Part shown: positions 34,111-44,199 of the stretch, piece after piece
Numbering within the stretch: the stretch's first letter is position 1
How the letters are laid out: each line of letters begins with the position of its first letter
Source of the DNA: a virus
Length of the DNA stretch: 64,000 nt
Virus record (IMG/VR): IMGVR_UViG_3300047550_003584
Location: 12,777-76,776 of that record
Direction: 5' to 3' (one strand)
The notes under the pieces: model-generated
The model's database searches: none
What the model saw: only the letters and a program-made list of their open reading frames with translations
Told to the model about the DNA's origin: nothing
Program-made: the position numbers and the translations under genes

Positions 34111-34394
34111 CACTTGTTCTCCTTGTATTTTTTAGCGGCAGCTTTAGCTTTACCACGTTTCTCGTATTCATCCTTAGTCATCCATTTTTCAGATGACCAT
34201 TTCTCTAACGACTTTTGTTTTTCTCCCTTGCCACCTTTATATCCACCACCAGCCTTTTCATATTCCTGGGCAAGTAGTTGACTTTTCCTAGCACTCCACT
34301 GACCTTTTCGAGCGCCACGATCACCTGCCATAATGCGATCTTTAATTCGCTCGCGTAACTCAGGTTTTGTGTACTTGCTATCATCCTGCGCCAT
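34110..34394 (-). CDS. Basic protein (DUF5872-like)
   Basis: YTKPELRERIK..GQWSARKSQLLAQEYEKAGGGY. Confidence 0.8.
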   Translation of the reverse strand: MAQDDSKYTKPELRERIKDRIMAGDRGARKGQWSARKSQLLAQEYEKAGGGYKGGKGEKQKSLEKWSSEKWMTKDEYEKRGKAKAAAKKYKENK

Positions 34395-34621
34395 TAGCGT
34401 AAAACCCCCATACGACGTGCATCTTCTAAAGTGCCAGGAGCTGTTGCTCCTGCATTTAAAGTCATAACGCCTAAAGCAGGAATAGAAACATAAGGTAAGC
34501 CAAAGAAAGTAGCAGCGCCTTTATTTAACGGATCATTACTGCTTGCAACCATTCCTTGAGAAATAGCGGCTTTTCCAAACGGATTGTTTAAGAATTTACC
34601 AGCTAACTGAAAGGGATTCAC
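34394..34621 (-). CDS. Small late protein with LAGKF N-terminus
   Basis: 75 aa; TAAAAT box upstream. Confidence 0.65.
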   Translation of the reverse strand: MNPFQLAGKFLNNPFGKAAISQGMVASSNDPLNKGAATFFGLPYVSIPALGVMTLNAGATAPGTLEDARRMGVLR

Positions 34622-34752
34622 TTCACTTTTTCTTGCGTTCTTCTATTATTTTACGATACTTACATGGACGCAACAAAGCATCGTCAACGTCACGCTTGGT
34701 GATGTACGGAAACTCTCGCTCTAGTTGAGCAAAGTATTTAGCTAGACGCTCT

Positions 34753-34959
34753 TCATCGCTTTGGGGACTGAGCATCGTTCTTGCTGGAGAAGTGCTGCAT
34801 CAATTCGTCCACTTGCTCCAGGGATTCGAGACGGCACAACAGATCGGAAATCGTGTTAACGGTCAATGGATGCTCAGTGCGTGCAGCAAAGGCAAGGGCG
34901 TCGCGCAAGCAATTGGAAGCTTGATCGACTGCTTCTTTAACTTGGGTGGAAAGAGCCAT
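34753..34959 (-). CDS. Conserved cyanophage hypothetical protein
   Basis: MALSTQVKEAV..LRDALAFAARTEHP. Confidence 0.8.
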   Translation of the reverse strand: MALSTQVKEAVDQASNCLRDALAFAARTEHPLTVNTISDLLCRLESLEQVDELMQHFSSKNDAQSPKR

Positions 34960-35081
34960 TTCAGATTCCTTGGGTTTACGAAGTACAGGAACGATGATCA
35001 TGTCAATATCGTAGCAACTAATGTATTGTTGCACGATAAAAAGAAAAGCCTTGGTGTAATACTACTACCAAGGCATATGGT

Positions 35082-35687
35082 TTACTCGTATTCTTCTGAC
35101 CAAATCCAACCGATTTGGTATTTGTCAAACAAAGGTTCGATACCAAGAGCATCCATCAGCTCGTAAATCAAGCGTCCTTTGCCCAGGCGTTTGCCGGTTG
35201 GTGTCTTGATGTTGTCATCAACAACGATCAAAGTCCCAGGGACAATTAAGTTTTTTGCGGCAAATAATTCTTTGAGGTGATGGGCGGCCGGTGCCCAATC
35301 ATTGTTCCAATCTGTGATGTTGTATGAATCTAAATACAGCAAAGAAACTTTCTCATTACTTGTATGCTCTCCTAAAAACTCAACTGAGTCAGAACAAGCA
35401 ATCCAAGAACCTGAATAGATAACACTTTTGCCTGCTAATTTACATGCAACGGGATCAATATCAACAGATACCAGGGTTCCTTCATTTCTGAAAGCAAGGT
35501 AGTTGTCGAATAAAAGCGTTGAACAACCGTCGCCTGTGTAATTGTTTTCTTCTCGATAGGTGCCAGTTTCAATAATGTACGGATCTTTAAACTCGTCTAG
35601 GTAATTAAAAATCTGTTTAAAGGTGTTGCCACGGGCGCCCAGCTTGGGATATACCTCCCGAAAATAACTATCCCAAGAAGAAGCCAT
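35082..35687 (-). CDS. Class I SAM-dependent methyltransferase
   Basis: IIETGT..SVDIDP..DSVEFL..LLYLDS..HHLKEL..IVVDDN..GKG. Confidence 0.85.
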   Translation of the reverse strand: MASSWDSYFREVYPKLGARGNTFKQIFNYLDEFKDPYIIETGTYREENNYTGDGCSTLLFDNYLAFRNEGTLVSVDIDPVACKLAGKSVIYSGSWIACSDSVEFLGEHTSNEKVSLLYLDSYNITDWNNDWAPAAHHLKELFAAKNLIVPGTLIVVDDNIKTPTGKRLGKGRLIYELMDALGIEPLFDKYQIGWIWSEEYE

Positions 35688-35848
35688 CAGAAATCAACGC
35701 GCGTATAAGAAATGTCTTGTGATTGTAACTCAGTTTCGTACTGATCGGCTTCAATGGTTTCTACATCAAGGAAAGAAAGTCCCTCAAAGCAACCAGTACG
35801 GCAATCTTCGTCAAATTCAAAATAAAATCTCGTTAAGTTTGATGTCAT
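35687..35848 (-). CDS. Small acidic protein
   Basis: MTSNLTRFYFEFDEDCRTG... (53 aa); coupled to the methyltransferase. Confidence 0.6.
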   Translation of the reverse strand: MTSNLTRFYFEFDEDCRTGCFEGLSFLDVETIEADQYETELQSQDISYTRVDF

Positions 35849-36059
35849 GGGTGATGCACCAGATCAAGAGAAAAGTAAGGGCAAGCATGGCAATGCGCCC
35901 ATTGACACGTTCGGCATACCAGATGTGATCGTCAAGGTTTGTGTGTCGTTTCCAAAACTTGAGGTCGGGGGATTCCTCCCAAATAAATTTGAGGATTGCC
36001 CCAGGGATCCAGGAGACGCAGGAGAAATACCCTTGAAGACCAAGCCAGAACTTGTTCAT
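35817..36059 (-). CDS. hli: High-light-inducible protein (Hli)
   Basis: AERVNGRIAML chlorophyll-binding motif plus TM helix. Confidence 0.85.
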   Translation of the reverse strand: MNKFWLGLQGYFSCVSWIPGAILKFIWEESPDLKFWKRHTNLDDHIWYAERVNGRIAMLALTFLLIWCITHDIKLNEILF

Positions 36060-36178
36060 TGCCGTGACAACACTTCTGTGAAGAAGAGGTAGGCATCCAT
36101 GCTAATCACAACGAGCATTGCGCCAAGGATTGAGGCAATTGCGTAGTTGAATCCTTCCATACCAATCTGTTGATTCAT
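36056..36178 (-). CDS. 40-aa membrane peptide
   Basis: MNQQIGMEGFNYAIASILGAMLVVISM...; ATGA overlap with hli. Confidence 0.55.
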   Translation of the reverse strand: MNQQIGMEGFNYAIASILGAMLVVISMDAYLFFTEVLSRQ

Positions 36179-36211
36179 CTGTTAAGCTAGCAGCAATATA
36201 CAAAACCGTCG

Positions 36212-37066
36212 ATGGTTGCTAAGATAGATACATCCGATCCTTGGATTAAGGCCAAGGAAGAGCAACCAGAAGTTATGCGGTCGATTAATAAGACCGCAGC
36301 CAGAATTACGCTTAACGGTAAAAGACACTACACAACGCCGTTACCCACTGGACCTGCGCCGTCTGTAACTACTATCATTGGTGAGACAGCTTCCGAAGCA
36401 AATAAACGGAAGCTCGAAATGTGGTCCAAAAATAATCCAGGTGTCAAGGAAGCTGCCGCTGAAAGGGGTACAGCGATCCACTATGGCATGGAACAGTATC
36501 TCAAAGGGAACAAAAATCCAGAGATCAAAGAGGATTATGCGGACTTTTGGGCGGGTATGCCAGCGATTCTTGATCAGTTTCAGGAAGTTCTCTGGGCTGA
36601 ATCTCCCGTGCTGGACAAATTTAATTTTACTATTGGTGCTGATGACGTGGCTCGTGTCTGGGGTTGCGATCCCGAGGGCCGTGCTTGGGCTGGCGCTCCT
36701 GACATTATTGCTGTTGCCAACAACAAACTGACGCTTGCTGACCTAAAAACCAGCGTCAAACCTTACAGTCGCAAGTGGCCTAAAGACTTAGAGAAGGGCT
36801 CCCAAGAGTGGAGGGATCTGCTCGGCGGTCACATGAAATTTAAAAAGACCTGCAAGCAGTTGGCAGCCTACGATATTGCCATCGAACAGACCCTGGGCAT
36901 GAAGGTTCAGCAGGCAGCAATCTTGGTATCGACTCCGATTCGTACCCAGGTATTTAAAATCTCCCGCAGGTTTTTAGACTCGCTGCGGGATGATTGGTAC
37001 AAAATCGTAGAGGAGTACTATACGCAAATTGAAAACTGTAATGTCTACGATCCAGATCTCATCTAA
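36212..37066 (+). CDS. PD-(D/E)XK exonuclease
   Basis: PSVTTI..RGTAIH..E..WAGAPD..ADLKTS..KQLAAY. Confidence 0.9.
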   Translation: MVAKIDTSDPWIKAKEEQPEVMRSINKTAARITLNGKRHYTTPLPTGPAPSVTTIIGETASEANKRKLEMWSKNNPGVKEAAAERGTAIHYGMEQYLKGNKNPEIKEDYADFWAGMPAILDQFQEVLWAESPVLDKFNFTIGADDVARVWGCDPEGRAWAGAPDIIAVANNKLTLADLKTSVKPYSRKWPKDLEKGSQEWRDLLGGHMKFKKTCKQLAAYDIAIEQTLGMKVQQAAILVSTPIRTQVFKISRRFLDSLRDDWYKIVEEYYTQIENCNVYDPDLI

Positions 37067-37081
37067 ATCCTTTGGTAGACT

Positions 37082-37264
37082 GTGTCTTACAACCCGAACG
37101 GCAAGATGGAATGCAGGAAGCGCCTGGCATGGACGATTGCCTGTGAGCGGGCGGTCGTCACAAAAGAAGACGCTATTACGTTATACAACAAGATGATGAA
37201 AGAGTTTGAATCCATTGACAAACGCTCGGCATATAAAGAGCACGAGTCTAGTGAGGCCCAATAA
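37082..37264 (+). CDS. Hypothetical protein
   Basis: 60 aa. Confidence 0.6.
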   Translation: MSYNPNGKMECRKRLAWTIACERAVVTKEDAITLYNKMMKEFESIDKRSAYKEHESSEAQ

Positions 37265-37330
37265 CTGTTACAATTAAAGGGCAGCGGTGCGTCAACACCC
37301 TGCCCAACGGCAACCACTTGTACTGGTCAC

Positions 37331-37864
37331 ATGGACATCCTACCTGGTTTTAAGCTTTGTCGCAAAGGACTTCATCAATATCCTGTTACAAATAAAAGAT
37401 GTTTAGAATGTAAAAAATTATATTACAAAAAGTGGGCAAAAAATAACCGTAAAAAACTAAACAAACTTCAACGTGAATGGAAGGAAGCCAACAGGGTCAG
37501 ATATCGTCAACTTGTAAATAACTGGAGAAATAAAAATATAGATAAAGCACGAAAAAGAAATAGAGAATGGGCTAAAAACAATACCCATAAAAGAGCCGCA
37601 TTAAAAATGAAAAGAAAGGCGGCGAAAACGTTTGCTATAGCTTCTTGGGCTGACCATGAAAAAATAAAATACCTATACAAAAAAGCTGCTGAATTAACAA
37701 AAAAGACGGGTATAAAACACCATGTAGATCATATTTATCCACTACAAAGCAAATACCTTTGTGGTTTGCACGTGGAAACAAATCTTCAAATCCTAACAGC
37801 TGAAGAAAATATAAAGAAAGGAAATCGTAGCTGGCCCGGTCAACTTGACTGCCAAAAAGAATGA
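37331..37864 (+). CDS. HNH endonuclease
   Basis: [35 protein letters not shown]; AT-rich. Confidence 0.92.
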   Translation: MDILPGFKLCRKGLHQYPVTNKRCLECKKLYYKKWAKNNRKKLNKLQREWKEANRVRYRQLVNNWRNKNIDKARKRNREWAKNNTHKRAALKMKRKAAKTFAIASWADHEKIKYLYKKAAELTKKTGIKHHVDHIYPLQSKYLCGLHVETNLQILTAEENIKKGNRSWPGQLDCQKE

Positions 37865-37953
37865 GTCTACTAAGACTTGGGAATCTTAACTTTGTTTTGG
37901 GAGGCGGAACAGCTTGGGCGCCGTAAACTAAAGGAACGTCGAACAGGTCTTCC

Positions 37954-38142
37954 ATGTCAACCCATGTCATCAGCATGGGGCAGTGGATGAATGCGCTTAT
38001 GCACAGCATGCAAACTGCTGTGGATGAAGACGTGTTCTTACTGCCCACACTTATGCACCTCCATGCCTACAACATCATGAAGGAGGACTTTTTCCCAGAC
38101 AGAACCTTTAAAGTAGAAATCAAGAATTCGGTGGACGCATGA
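37954..38142 (+). CDS. Hypothetical protein
   Basis: 62 aa, coupled to the primase. Confidence 0.65.
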   Translation: MSTHVISMGQWMNALMHSMQTAVDEDVFLLPTLMHLHAYNIMKEDFFPDRTFKVEIKNSVDA

Positions 38143-40772
38143 CAAATCAATCCGTTAAACCAGGCGAAATTCGTCTTGATCTCATCCCACTGGATTGGCC
38201 ACTTACTCCCTTGGGTGGCAACAAGGATCCCTACATCCAAGGATGGCAGAACAAACCCTTTAGTGTCAAAGAAATTGAAGAAGAGCTAGCAACAGGTGAC
38301 TGCAAAGCAATCGGCGTCCTTGGTGGTCCTGTCTACAACCATCCCTTTGGCCTTGTATGGGTGGATGTGGATGGCCCAAGCGTATACTCCCTTGTCGAAC
38401 AGATCAGTGGACTCCCCCTCCAGGATGCGCTGCCTGCCACCCTTACCATCTTCAGCGGTAAAATTGGCCGCGAACGCAAGCTCTACAAACTAGATCGGGA
38501 GAAACACAAGCACTTCCTCCGCAACAAATACGTCTGGCACGCAGAGGAAGATAAAGAAAAACTTGAGATCTTGTGGAAGCGGCACCAAGGTGTGCTGATG
38601 GGTGTGCATCCACAAACGGATGGGTATTACACAGGAGAAAACCTTGGTTTTGAGTGGGCCAGTGATCTGCCTGAACTGCCGGAATGGATCCTGAATGGCA
38701 TCATCACCAAAAACGCCAAGTTAGGGAAGCCATCCCAGGAAACATCACGGGTCATTGGTCCAACGTTTGCTATCCAATCCGTTGTTGGTCTTGATCGAGA
38801 CATCAAGCTTGCTACGGAAGCAACTTGGGGCATGCCTCCAGAGGCTACTGATGACTACGACATCTGGATCATGGTCGGTCAGACGCTTCATTCGTTGGAT
38901 GAATCGCTGTTGGACGTATGGGATGAATGGTCCAAACAATCCGATAAGTACAAAGAGGGTGAATGCCATAAGCGTTGGCTTTCCTTTAGCCGGAATGGTG
39001 GTCGTGGGATTGGTTCTCTAATTCATGCTGCAAAGGAGTATGGGTGGGTTCAGTCTGAGGATCACCGTGTTCAGAGTGTTGATGATGAGACAATAACCGC
39101 TGTATCTGAAATTCTTCCTCAACTTGAACAGGACATTGCAGACCACATGGAAGCACTTGTTGAATTGGTAGATCCTTCTGCACGTAGCGTTCAATCGACA
39201 ACGACTCCGGTGTCATGGAACTCCAACAAGAAAGAAGACTCAAAAAATGAAAAGCCGAAGAGATTGCCATCGAGCGTCATCGCGGATCAGGTCTTCGCCA
39301 TGTTCAATGGAGATCTCCGGTTCAGTCAACCTCATAATCAATTCTTTTTATACGACAAGCGTAAAGGATTATGGGAGCGTATGACCAGGGTGGAGATGAT
39401 GGGCTCCATCCGGACAAAAATGCAGTACCTTTCCACTACTGATTGGTTGCCCAATGGTTTCACGCAAAACCTGCTAGAGGACATCTACAAACAGCTCCAG
39501 TCCATGATTCCGTTTGATGAGTGGTATGACGGTGCTGAATACCTGCTTTTCACCAACGGTGTATTAGAAGTAGCCACCAGAGAGCTGCATGCTTTCCGTC
39601 GTGATTTTTACATGACGCAACAAATGCCGTATGAGTACGACGCATCGGCTACTTGTGAAGACATCATTAAATGGTTGAAGCACACTCAACACAATTCTTG
39701 GAATCGCACCCAGGTACTTAGGGCATGGCTGCGGGCAACACTACTTGGTTGCTACGAGATTCAGAAGTTTGTTGAGATTGTGGGTCCTGGTAAGTCAGGT
39801 AAATCAACCTACGCAAACTTGGCAGTAGCACTGGTTGGCAAGAGCAATACCTACTCCACGGACTTTGAGAACATGGAGAAGAACCGCTTTGAAGCAGCGG
39901 CTTACATGGGTAAAAAGCTCCTGCTGTTCCAGGATGCTGATCGTTGGGGTGGTTCCGTATCCAAACTGAAAGCAATCACGGGTGGTGACTGGATTCGTTC
40001 TGAGCGTAAGTACCAGGGGGAGACGTTAGATCCTTTTCAGTACCACGGAATGGTCATCATTACTGCTAATGAAGCCATCCAGTCCACTGACTACACCTCT
40101 GGTCTTGCTCGTCGTCGTCTCACTATTCCATTCGATCGTCCGTTTACGGGCGCACAACACGAACAAAAAGAACTGATTAAGTTCGATGCCAAGGGGAATC
40201 CGCAGGGAATTTTTTCTCCTTTGCTGCCAGGGCTTGTGAACTGGCTCCTGGACATGTCGGAAGAAGACATGCGTTCCTACCTGATGGAAACCGCTAAGCA
40301 TGTTGATTTCTTCCAGCGGTATGAGAAGGAGCAAAGCCTGCGTTCCAACCCTGTGCTCGATTGGATGGACAAGCATCTGGTCTTTGATCCAGGTGTACGG
40401 TCAGTCCTTGGTATTTGTAAAGCTGCACAAGGAACCAACAACTACTACAACAACTGGAATCAATGGTTGTATCCCAGCTACGCTGAGTTCTGCCGTGGTA
40501 CCAACATTGGTTCCGTTGGTCGTGGTCGCTTTGAAGTGCTCTTCTTTGACATCTGTAAGCACCAGCTTAAGATCAACGTCTTCTCCAAGAAGACCACCAA
40601 GGGTTTACAGATCTTTAATGTGGCAATCAGGGAGTCCAACCCATCCAAATATGAGAACTACCCATCGGTGGTAGAAGTGGCCGCTAATCCTGAAAAGTAC
40701 GCCCCTATGTACGGGGTTGACCCAACCATGGATAACCATGAGAGAATGGAAGAACCTGTAGAAGCGCTGTGA
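38139..40772 (+). CDS. Primase-helicase (PrimPol + PriCT-2 + D5/SF3 helicase)
   Basis: WVDVDG PrimPol motif; YDIWIMVGQTLH..WDEWSKQSDKY PriCT-2; LLFTNG; GPGKSGKST Walker A; KAITGGD; IITAN; RRRL. Confidence 0.93.
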   Translation: MTNQSVKPGEIRLDLIPLDWPLTPLGGNKDPYIQGWQNKPFSVKEIEEELATGDCKAIGVLGGPVYNHPFGLVWVDVDGPSVYSLVEQISGLPLQDALPATLTIFSGKIGRERKLYKLDREKHKHFLRNKYVWHAEEDKEKLEILWKRHQGVLMGVHPQTDGYYTGENLGFEWASDLPELPEWILNGIITKNAKLGKPSQETSRVIGPTFAIQSVVGLDRDIKLATEATWGMPPEATDDYDIWIMVGQTLHSLDESLLDVWDEWSKQSDKYKEGECHKRWLSFSRNGGRGIGSLIHAAKEYGWVQSEDHRVQSVDDETITAVSEILPQLEQDIADHMEALVELVDPSARSVQSTTTPVSWNSNKKEDSKNEKPKRLPSSVIADQVFAMFNGDLRFSQPHNQFFLYDKRKGLWERMTRVEMMGSIRTKMQYLSTTDWLPNGFTQNLLEDIYKQLQSMIPFDEWYDGAEYLLFTNGVLEVATRELHAFRRDFYMTQQMPYEYDASATCEDIIKWLKHTQHNSWNRTQVLRAWLRATLLGCYEIQKFVEIVGPGKSGKSTYANLAVALVGKSNTYSTDFENMEKNRFEAAAYMGKKLLLFQDADRWGGSVSKLKAITGGDWIRSERKYQGETLDPFQYHGMVIITANEAIQSTDYTSGLARRRLTIPFDRPFTGAQHEQKELIKFDAKGNPQGIFSPLLPGLVNWLLDMSEEDMRSYLMETAKHVDFFQRYEKEQSLRSNPVLDWMDKHLVFDPGVRSVLGICKAAQGTNNYYNNWNQWLYPSYAEFCRGTNIGSVGRGRFEVLFFDICKHQLKINVFSKKTTKGLQIFNVAIRESNPSKYENYPSVVEVAANPEKYAPMYGVDPTMDNHERMEEPVEAL

Positions 40773-41119
40773 GCAACGGCCGTCACCTTATTTTGGATCT
40801 GTACGACTGCGATAAGCAGATCCTTGATGACTATGAGGAGCTTCAACGATTGCTTGAGGCTTCTCTTGTGATGGCAAAAGCTACCATCCTTCGGATCTTT
40901 GGGGAAAAATTCCAGCCGCAAGGGGTAACGCTACTTGCTTTGCTAGCGGAATCGCATGCCTCTATCCATACGTGGCCAGAAATTGGTTATTGCGCAATCG
41001 ATCTCTACACTTGTGGTGATACTACACAGACACACAAGGCCGCAAGATTTTTATCGGAAAAGTTAAAAGCTGGTACTGTAGAGCAGAAAGAGTTAGAACG
41101 GTCAGTAACTCCGACCTAG
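40769..41119 (+). CDS. speD: S-adenosylmethionine decarboxylase proenzyme family
   Basis: GRHLILDLYDC..FQPQGVT..LAESHASIHTWPE..DLYTCG. Confidence 0.93.
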   Translation: MSNGRHLILDLYDCDKQILDDYEELQRLLEASLVMAKATILRIFGEKFQPQGVTLLALLAESHASIHTWPEIGYCAIDLYTCGDTTQTHKAARFLSEKLKAGTVEQKELERSVTPT

Positions 41120-41995
41120 CTGGCGTTCTAGCTCTTCAATCTTTTTATCCTTTTCTGATTTGATACCAAGTGCTCCTGATAGCGCGCCGCCAAGACCCAT
41201 CCCAAGAGCAACGCCTACTTCATCACCAATAAAACGGCCCGCTGCGCGTCCCAAGTGTTCCCCAGTAATTGGTTTTGCATCTTTTAGAAGAGCTTCAAAC
41301 GCAGATCCAATGTTTATATCCGTTCCGGGGACGGTTTTGCTCTTATTGAGCATTGCCATTTTCATAAGATTGTTATCTAAATGCGCTGCAGCTTGAGTAT
41401 TAATTAAATGCTCAACTTGATTAAACCCTTGTTCCATTACTTGTTGAGCAGCAGCGCCTAGTTGCTTGCGTTGTTCTGGAGAAAGATTTTCCAATGTCTC
41501 CAGCCCGGCACGTGCTTGGCTAGCCGCTCCTACAGCCGTATGATATTTTTTAAAAGTTTCAGGATTAACTCCATATTTACCAGCAAATGCTTGTGGATTT
41601 TGTAAAGCTTCGTTTAAAAGTTGAGCGGAAGTCTGCTCTTTTATCTCTTGTTTAAGCTGTCCTTTTGCATAGCGAGCTTGTTCGGCTGCGCCTTTGGCTA
41701 AAGTTTTTTGTCCTGTTGTTCGGCCTATGGTTGCTAAGACGCCTTCTTGATTTTTTAAAGCGTTAGGATTAATTGCTTTACCTATACGTGCTCCAATAGA
41801 TTTTCCTAATAAGCCAATGCCTACACCGCCAGCAATTCCCGCCAAGGTTTGAATCGCAACCTGAGCTGGCGGCGTGTCAGTACCAAGTTGGGTAAGGCCT
41901 GCTGTTCCGCCAAGTAGCGTTCCTTCTACAGCTTCTTGGAATAAATCATTTTGTTGTAACTGTAGAAACTTCCCGGCAAGCGCAGCTTGATTCAT
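41102..41995 (-). CDS. Probable internal virion protein (LAGKF N-terminus)
   Basis: Gly/Ala/Gln-rich helical protein with glycine-zipper segments. Confidence 0.7.
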   Translation of the reverse strand: MNQAALAGKFLQLQQNDLFQEAVEGTLLGGTAGLTQLGTDTPPAQVAIQTLAGIAGGVGIGLLGKSIGARIGKAINPNALKNQEGVLATIGRTTGQKTLAKGAAEQARYAKGQLKQEIKEQTSAQLLNEALQNPQAFAGKYGVNPETFKKYHTAVGAASQARAGLETLENLSPEQRKQLGAAAQQVMEQGFNQVEHLINTQAAAHLDNNLMKMAMLNKSKTVPGTDINIGSAFEALLKDAKPITGEHLGRAAGRFIGDEVGVALGMGLGGALSGALGIKSEKDKKIEELERQLGRSY

Positions 41996-42055
41996 AATAT
42001 AGTTTTTTTCTAGTCTACGTTCTTTTAATTTTCGGTATAGTAAATCAAGTTACTC

Positions 42056-43345
42056 TTGATTGCCTTGACAAAAAAAACAAAAGTATTGTGGTGTGGTGAC
42101 ATTGTTGCAATGACCGGCTTTGCTCGTGTCACTGAAAACGTCATCTATCGCCTTAAGGATGATTTTGAAATTGTAGTCCTTGGTCATAACTGGTGGGGGG
42201 ATCCGTGCGAGCAACAGAAAGACTTCAAGATTTATCCGTCATCCAATCGATTCCAAACCGCACCCTTCGGTGAGCAACGCATTCGCGAGATCGTTGAACG
42301 TGAACAACCTGACATTGTGTTCACCATCAATGACATGTGGATCATCAATGAACAATACCGGCAGATTGAAGACCTACATAAGCAGGGCAAATTCAAGTTC
42401 GTGGGTTATGCCCCCATGGATTCGTATGGGTGGATTGGTTGCCTCGCTGATACCGCCAACGATTGGGATGCCATCATTTCGTACACAGAATTTGGTGCGC
42501 ACGAATTTGTGGCCGGCGGGATCCGCAAGCCCATTGCCGTCATTCCCCATGGCGTAACACCAGGGCAGTTCTATCCACTGGATAAGAAGGAGTGCCGTCG
42601 CAAGCTGGGACTTAAAGAAGACTTATTCATTGTTTTCAACGGGAACAGGAACCAGTTCCGCAAACGAATTGACATCACGATCCAGGGCTTTGCTCGCTTT
42701 GCAGTCGATAAGCCGGAAGCGCAACTGTATCTACATATGGGGCTTAAGGACCAGGGCTGGGATGTGATGGGTGTCTTTGCACGAGAAATGTCACGGGTGG
42801 GGCTGGATCCGAACGGACGCATCATCATGACTACGCAGACGGAAGGGCCGCCGAACGTATCGGTGGACATGCTGAACACCATCTATAACGCTGTCGATGT
42901 GGGCGTCAACACCTGTAAGGGCGAGGGCTGGGGCCTTGTCAACTTTGAACACGCAGCCTGTGGTGTGGCGCAAGTGGTGCCTGACCATACGTCATGCAAG
43001 GAGATCTTTGAGGGATGTGGCGAGCTGATCCGTTGCGACCACATCGATGTGGATACTAACTACGCACGTGAGATGCCATGCCCGTCCTCTGAGCACCTCA
43101 CTGAACTTCTAGACATTTTGTACTACGACACAAAACGTCGGGATCGAGTGGGTGAGGCCTGCTACCAGCGGGTAACAGATCCTCAATTCTCATGGGATAC
43201 GGTTGCGTCTCAGTTTGGCGGCATCTTCGAGGACGTCATGAATCAAGTTGATCACTCGGTCTCAAATGAGATCAGTGAGCAACCGAAGCGAAAAGCAAAG
43301 CGTCGCAAGAGTCCCAAACGAGAATTAGCCAGTTTGCGCAATTGA
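42056..43345 (+). CDS. Glycosyltransferase family 4
   Basis: TGFARV..VIPHGV..NRNQFRKRID..YNAVDV..GEGWGL..EHAACG. Confidence 0.9.
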   Translation: MIALTKKTKVLWCGDIVAMTGFARVTENVIYRLKDDFEIVVLGHNWWGDPCEQQKDFKIYPSSNRFQTAPFGEQRIREIVEREQPDIVFTINDMWIINEQYRQIEDLHKQGKFKFVGYAPMDSYGWIGCLADTANDWDAIISYTEFGAHEFVAGGIRKPIAVIPHGVTPGQFYPLDKKECRRKLGLKEDLFIVFNGNRNQFRKRIDITIQGFARFAVDKPEAQLYLHMGLKDQGWDVMGVFAREMSRVGLDPNGRIIMTTQTEGPPNVSVDMLNTIYNAVDVGVNTCKGEGWGLVNFEHAACGVAQVVPDHTSCKEIFEGCGELIRCDHIDVDTNYAREMPCPSSEHLTELLDILYYDTKRRDRVGEACYQRVTDPQFSWDTVASQFGGIFEDVMNQVDHSVSNEISEQPKRKAKRRKSPKRELASLRN

Positions 43346-43357
43346 TGAGATTGTCAC

Positions 43358-43393
43358 AAGCCCCAGGCCTCCACGTCAGTGGGGGCTTTTTTA
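43358..43393 (+). terminator. Rho-independent terminator
   Basis: AAGCCCC...GGGGCTTTTTT. Confidence 0.65.
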
Positions 43394-43526
43394 TGGCCTG
43401 AAAAGGTGTCAAGAGTGCGTCTAAAACAAGATGGATGCGACAAGGAAAGAAGGGAGGGTAGGACTCTGGTGATGCAACCATCCTTATGGGCGCAAAAATT
43501 GGTGTGACAAGGCGGATCTATAACCC

Positions 43527-43656
43527 TATATAAGCAATACGACAGTTTTACAAAAGTGTCGTAGTTTCTCAAAGTAAGAAAAGGATGAGACAATGGATAC
43601 GTGATGCAACAGGGCTAATGCGACACTTTCTGCAAGTTGTCGTAAAACCTTATATA
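43527..43656. repeat. Nested inverted repeat; candidate replication origin
   Basis: Arm 43527-43563 (TATATAAG..TACGACAG..AAAGTGTCGTA) inverted at 43619-43656; further (G/C)GACA motifs over 43437-43740. Confidence 0.55.
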
Positions 43657-43754
43657 AGAAAAATAGAGTGCTTGCAACACCTATTTTTACCCCTTTTCCG
43701 CCCTGCTTTGCGTGACAACACCTGCTATGCTGTGACAACACCCTATCCCTGGTA

Positions 43755-44198
43755 TTGGTGGCCCGTACTTACCAGAAAATGCTGCCGCTCTGGTGGTTGC
43801 AAGAGCAGGTGGACCTCTCAAATGAATACCCGTCAGGTCTGGTGTGGCGCTCAGAAGGGCGCTACCACAAGCCCGGAGAGATGGCTGGTACCCAACGGGC
43901 AGACGGTCGTTACTACTACGTCTTCCTGGCGGGCACCCGCTACACAGCGCATCGGATCGTCTACTACCTACGCACAGGTGAAGACCCTGGTACTGCTGAC
44001 GTGATGCACGGTGCTGACAACCCCACCCGTGACAACCGCCTTGAGTTGACCTTGTTTCAACGCAAGCCCAAACCTGCACCTAAGTGGCGAAGGCGCGTAC
44101 GAAACGCAGAAGGACAACTTGTGTACAGCCATCTCGCCAAAGACGGCGTCTCCGTCAGGCAACTTGAGCGGGAACAGGGCATCAAAATTGAGGAATAA
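43755..44198 (+). CDS. HNH-family protein, degenerate, lacking AP2
   Basis: YPSGLVW..AHRIVYYLRTGEDPG..DVMH..DNRL, paralogous to the HNH-AP2 N-termini. Confidence 0.75.
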   Translation: MVARTYQKMLPLWWLQEQVDLSNEYPSGLVWRSEGRYHKPGEMAGTQRADGRYYYVFLAGTRYTAHRIVYYLRTGEDPGTADVMHGADNPTRDNRLELTLFQRKPKPAPKWRRRVRNAEGQLVYSHLAKDGVSVRQLEREQGIKIEE

Positions 44199-44199
44199 C

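Noticed and set aside
36212-37066. Cas4 / CRISPR adaptation gene
   Set aside because: Lacks the four-Cys Fe-S pattern; fits an ordinary phage PD-(D/E)XK exonuclease
13818-40772. Group I introns or inteins in tRNA-Leu(UAA), polA, thyX or the primase
   Set aside because: These genes are continuous with normal motif spacing; HNH genes lie between genes
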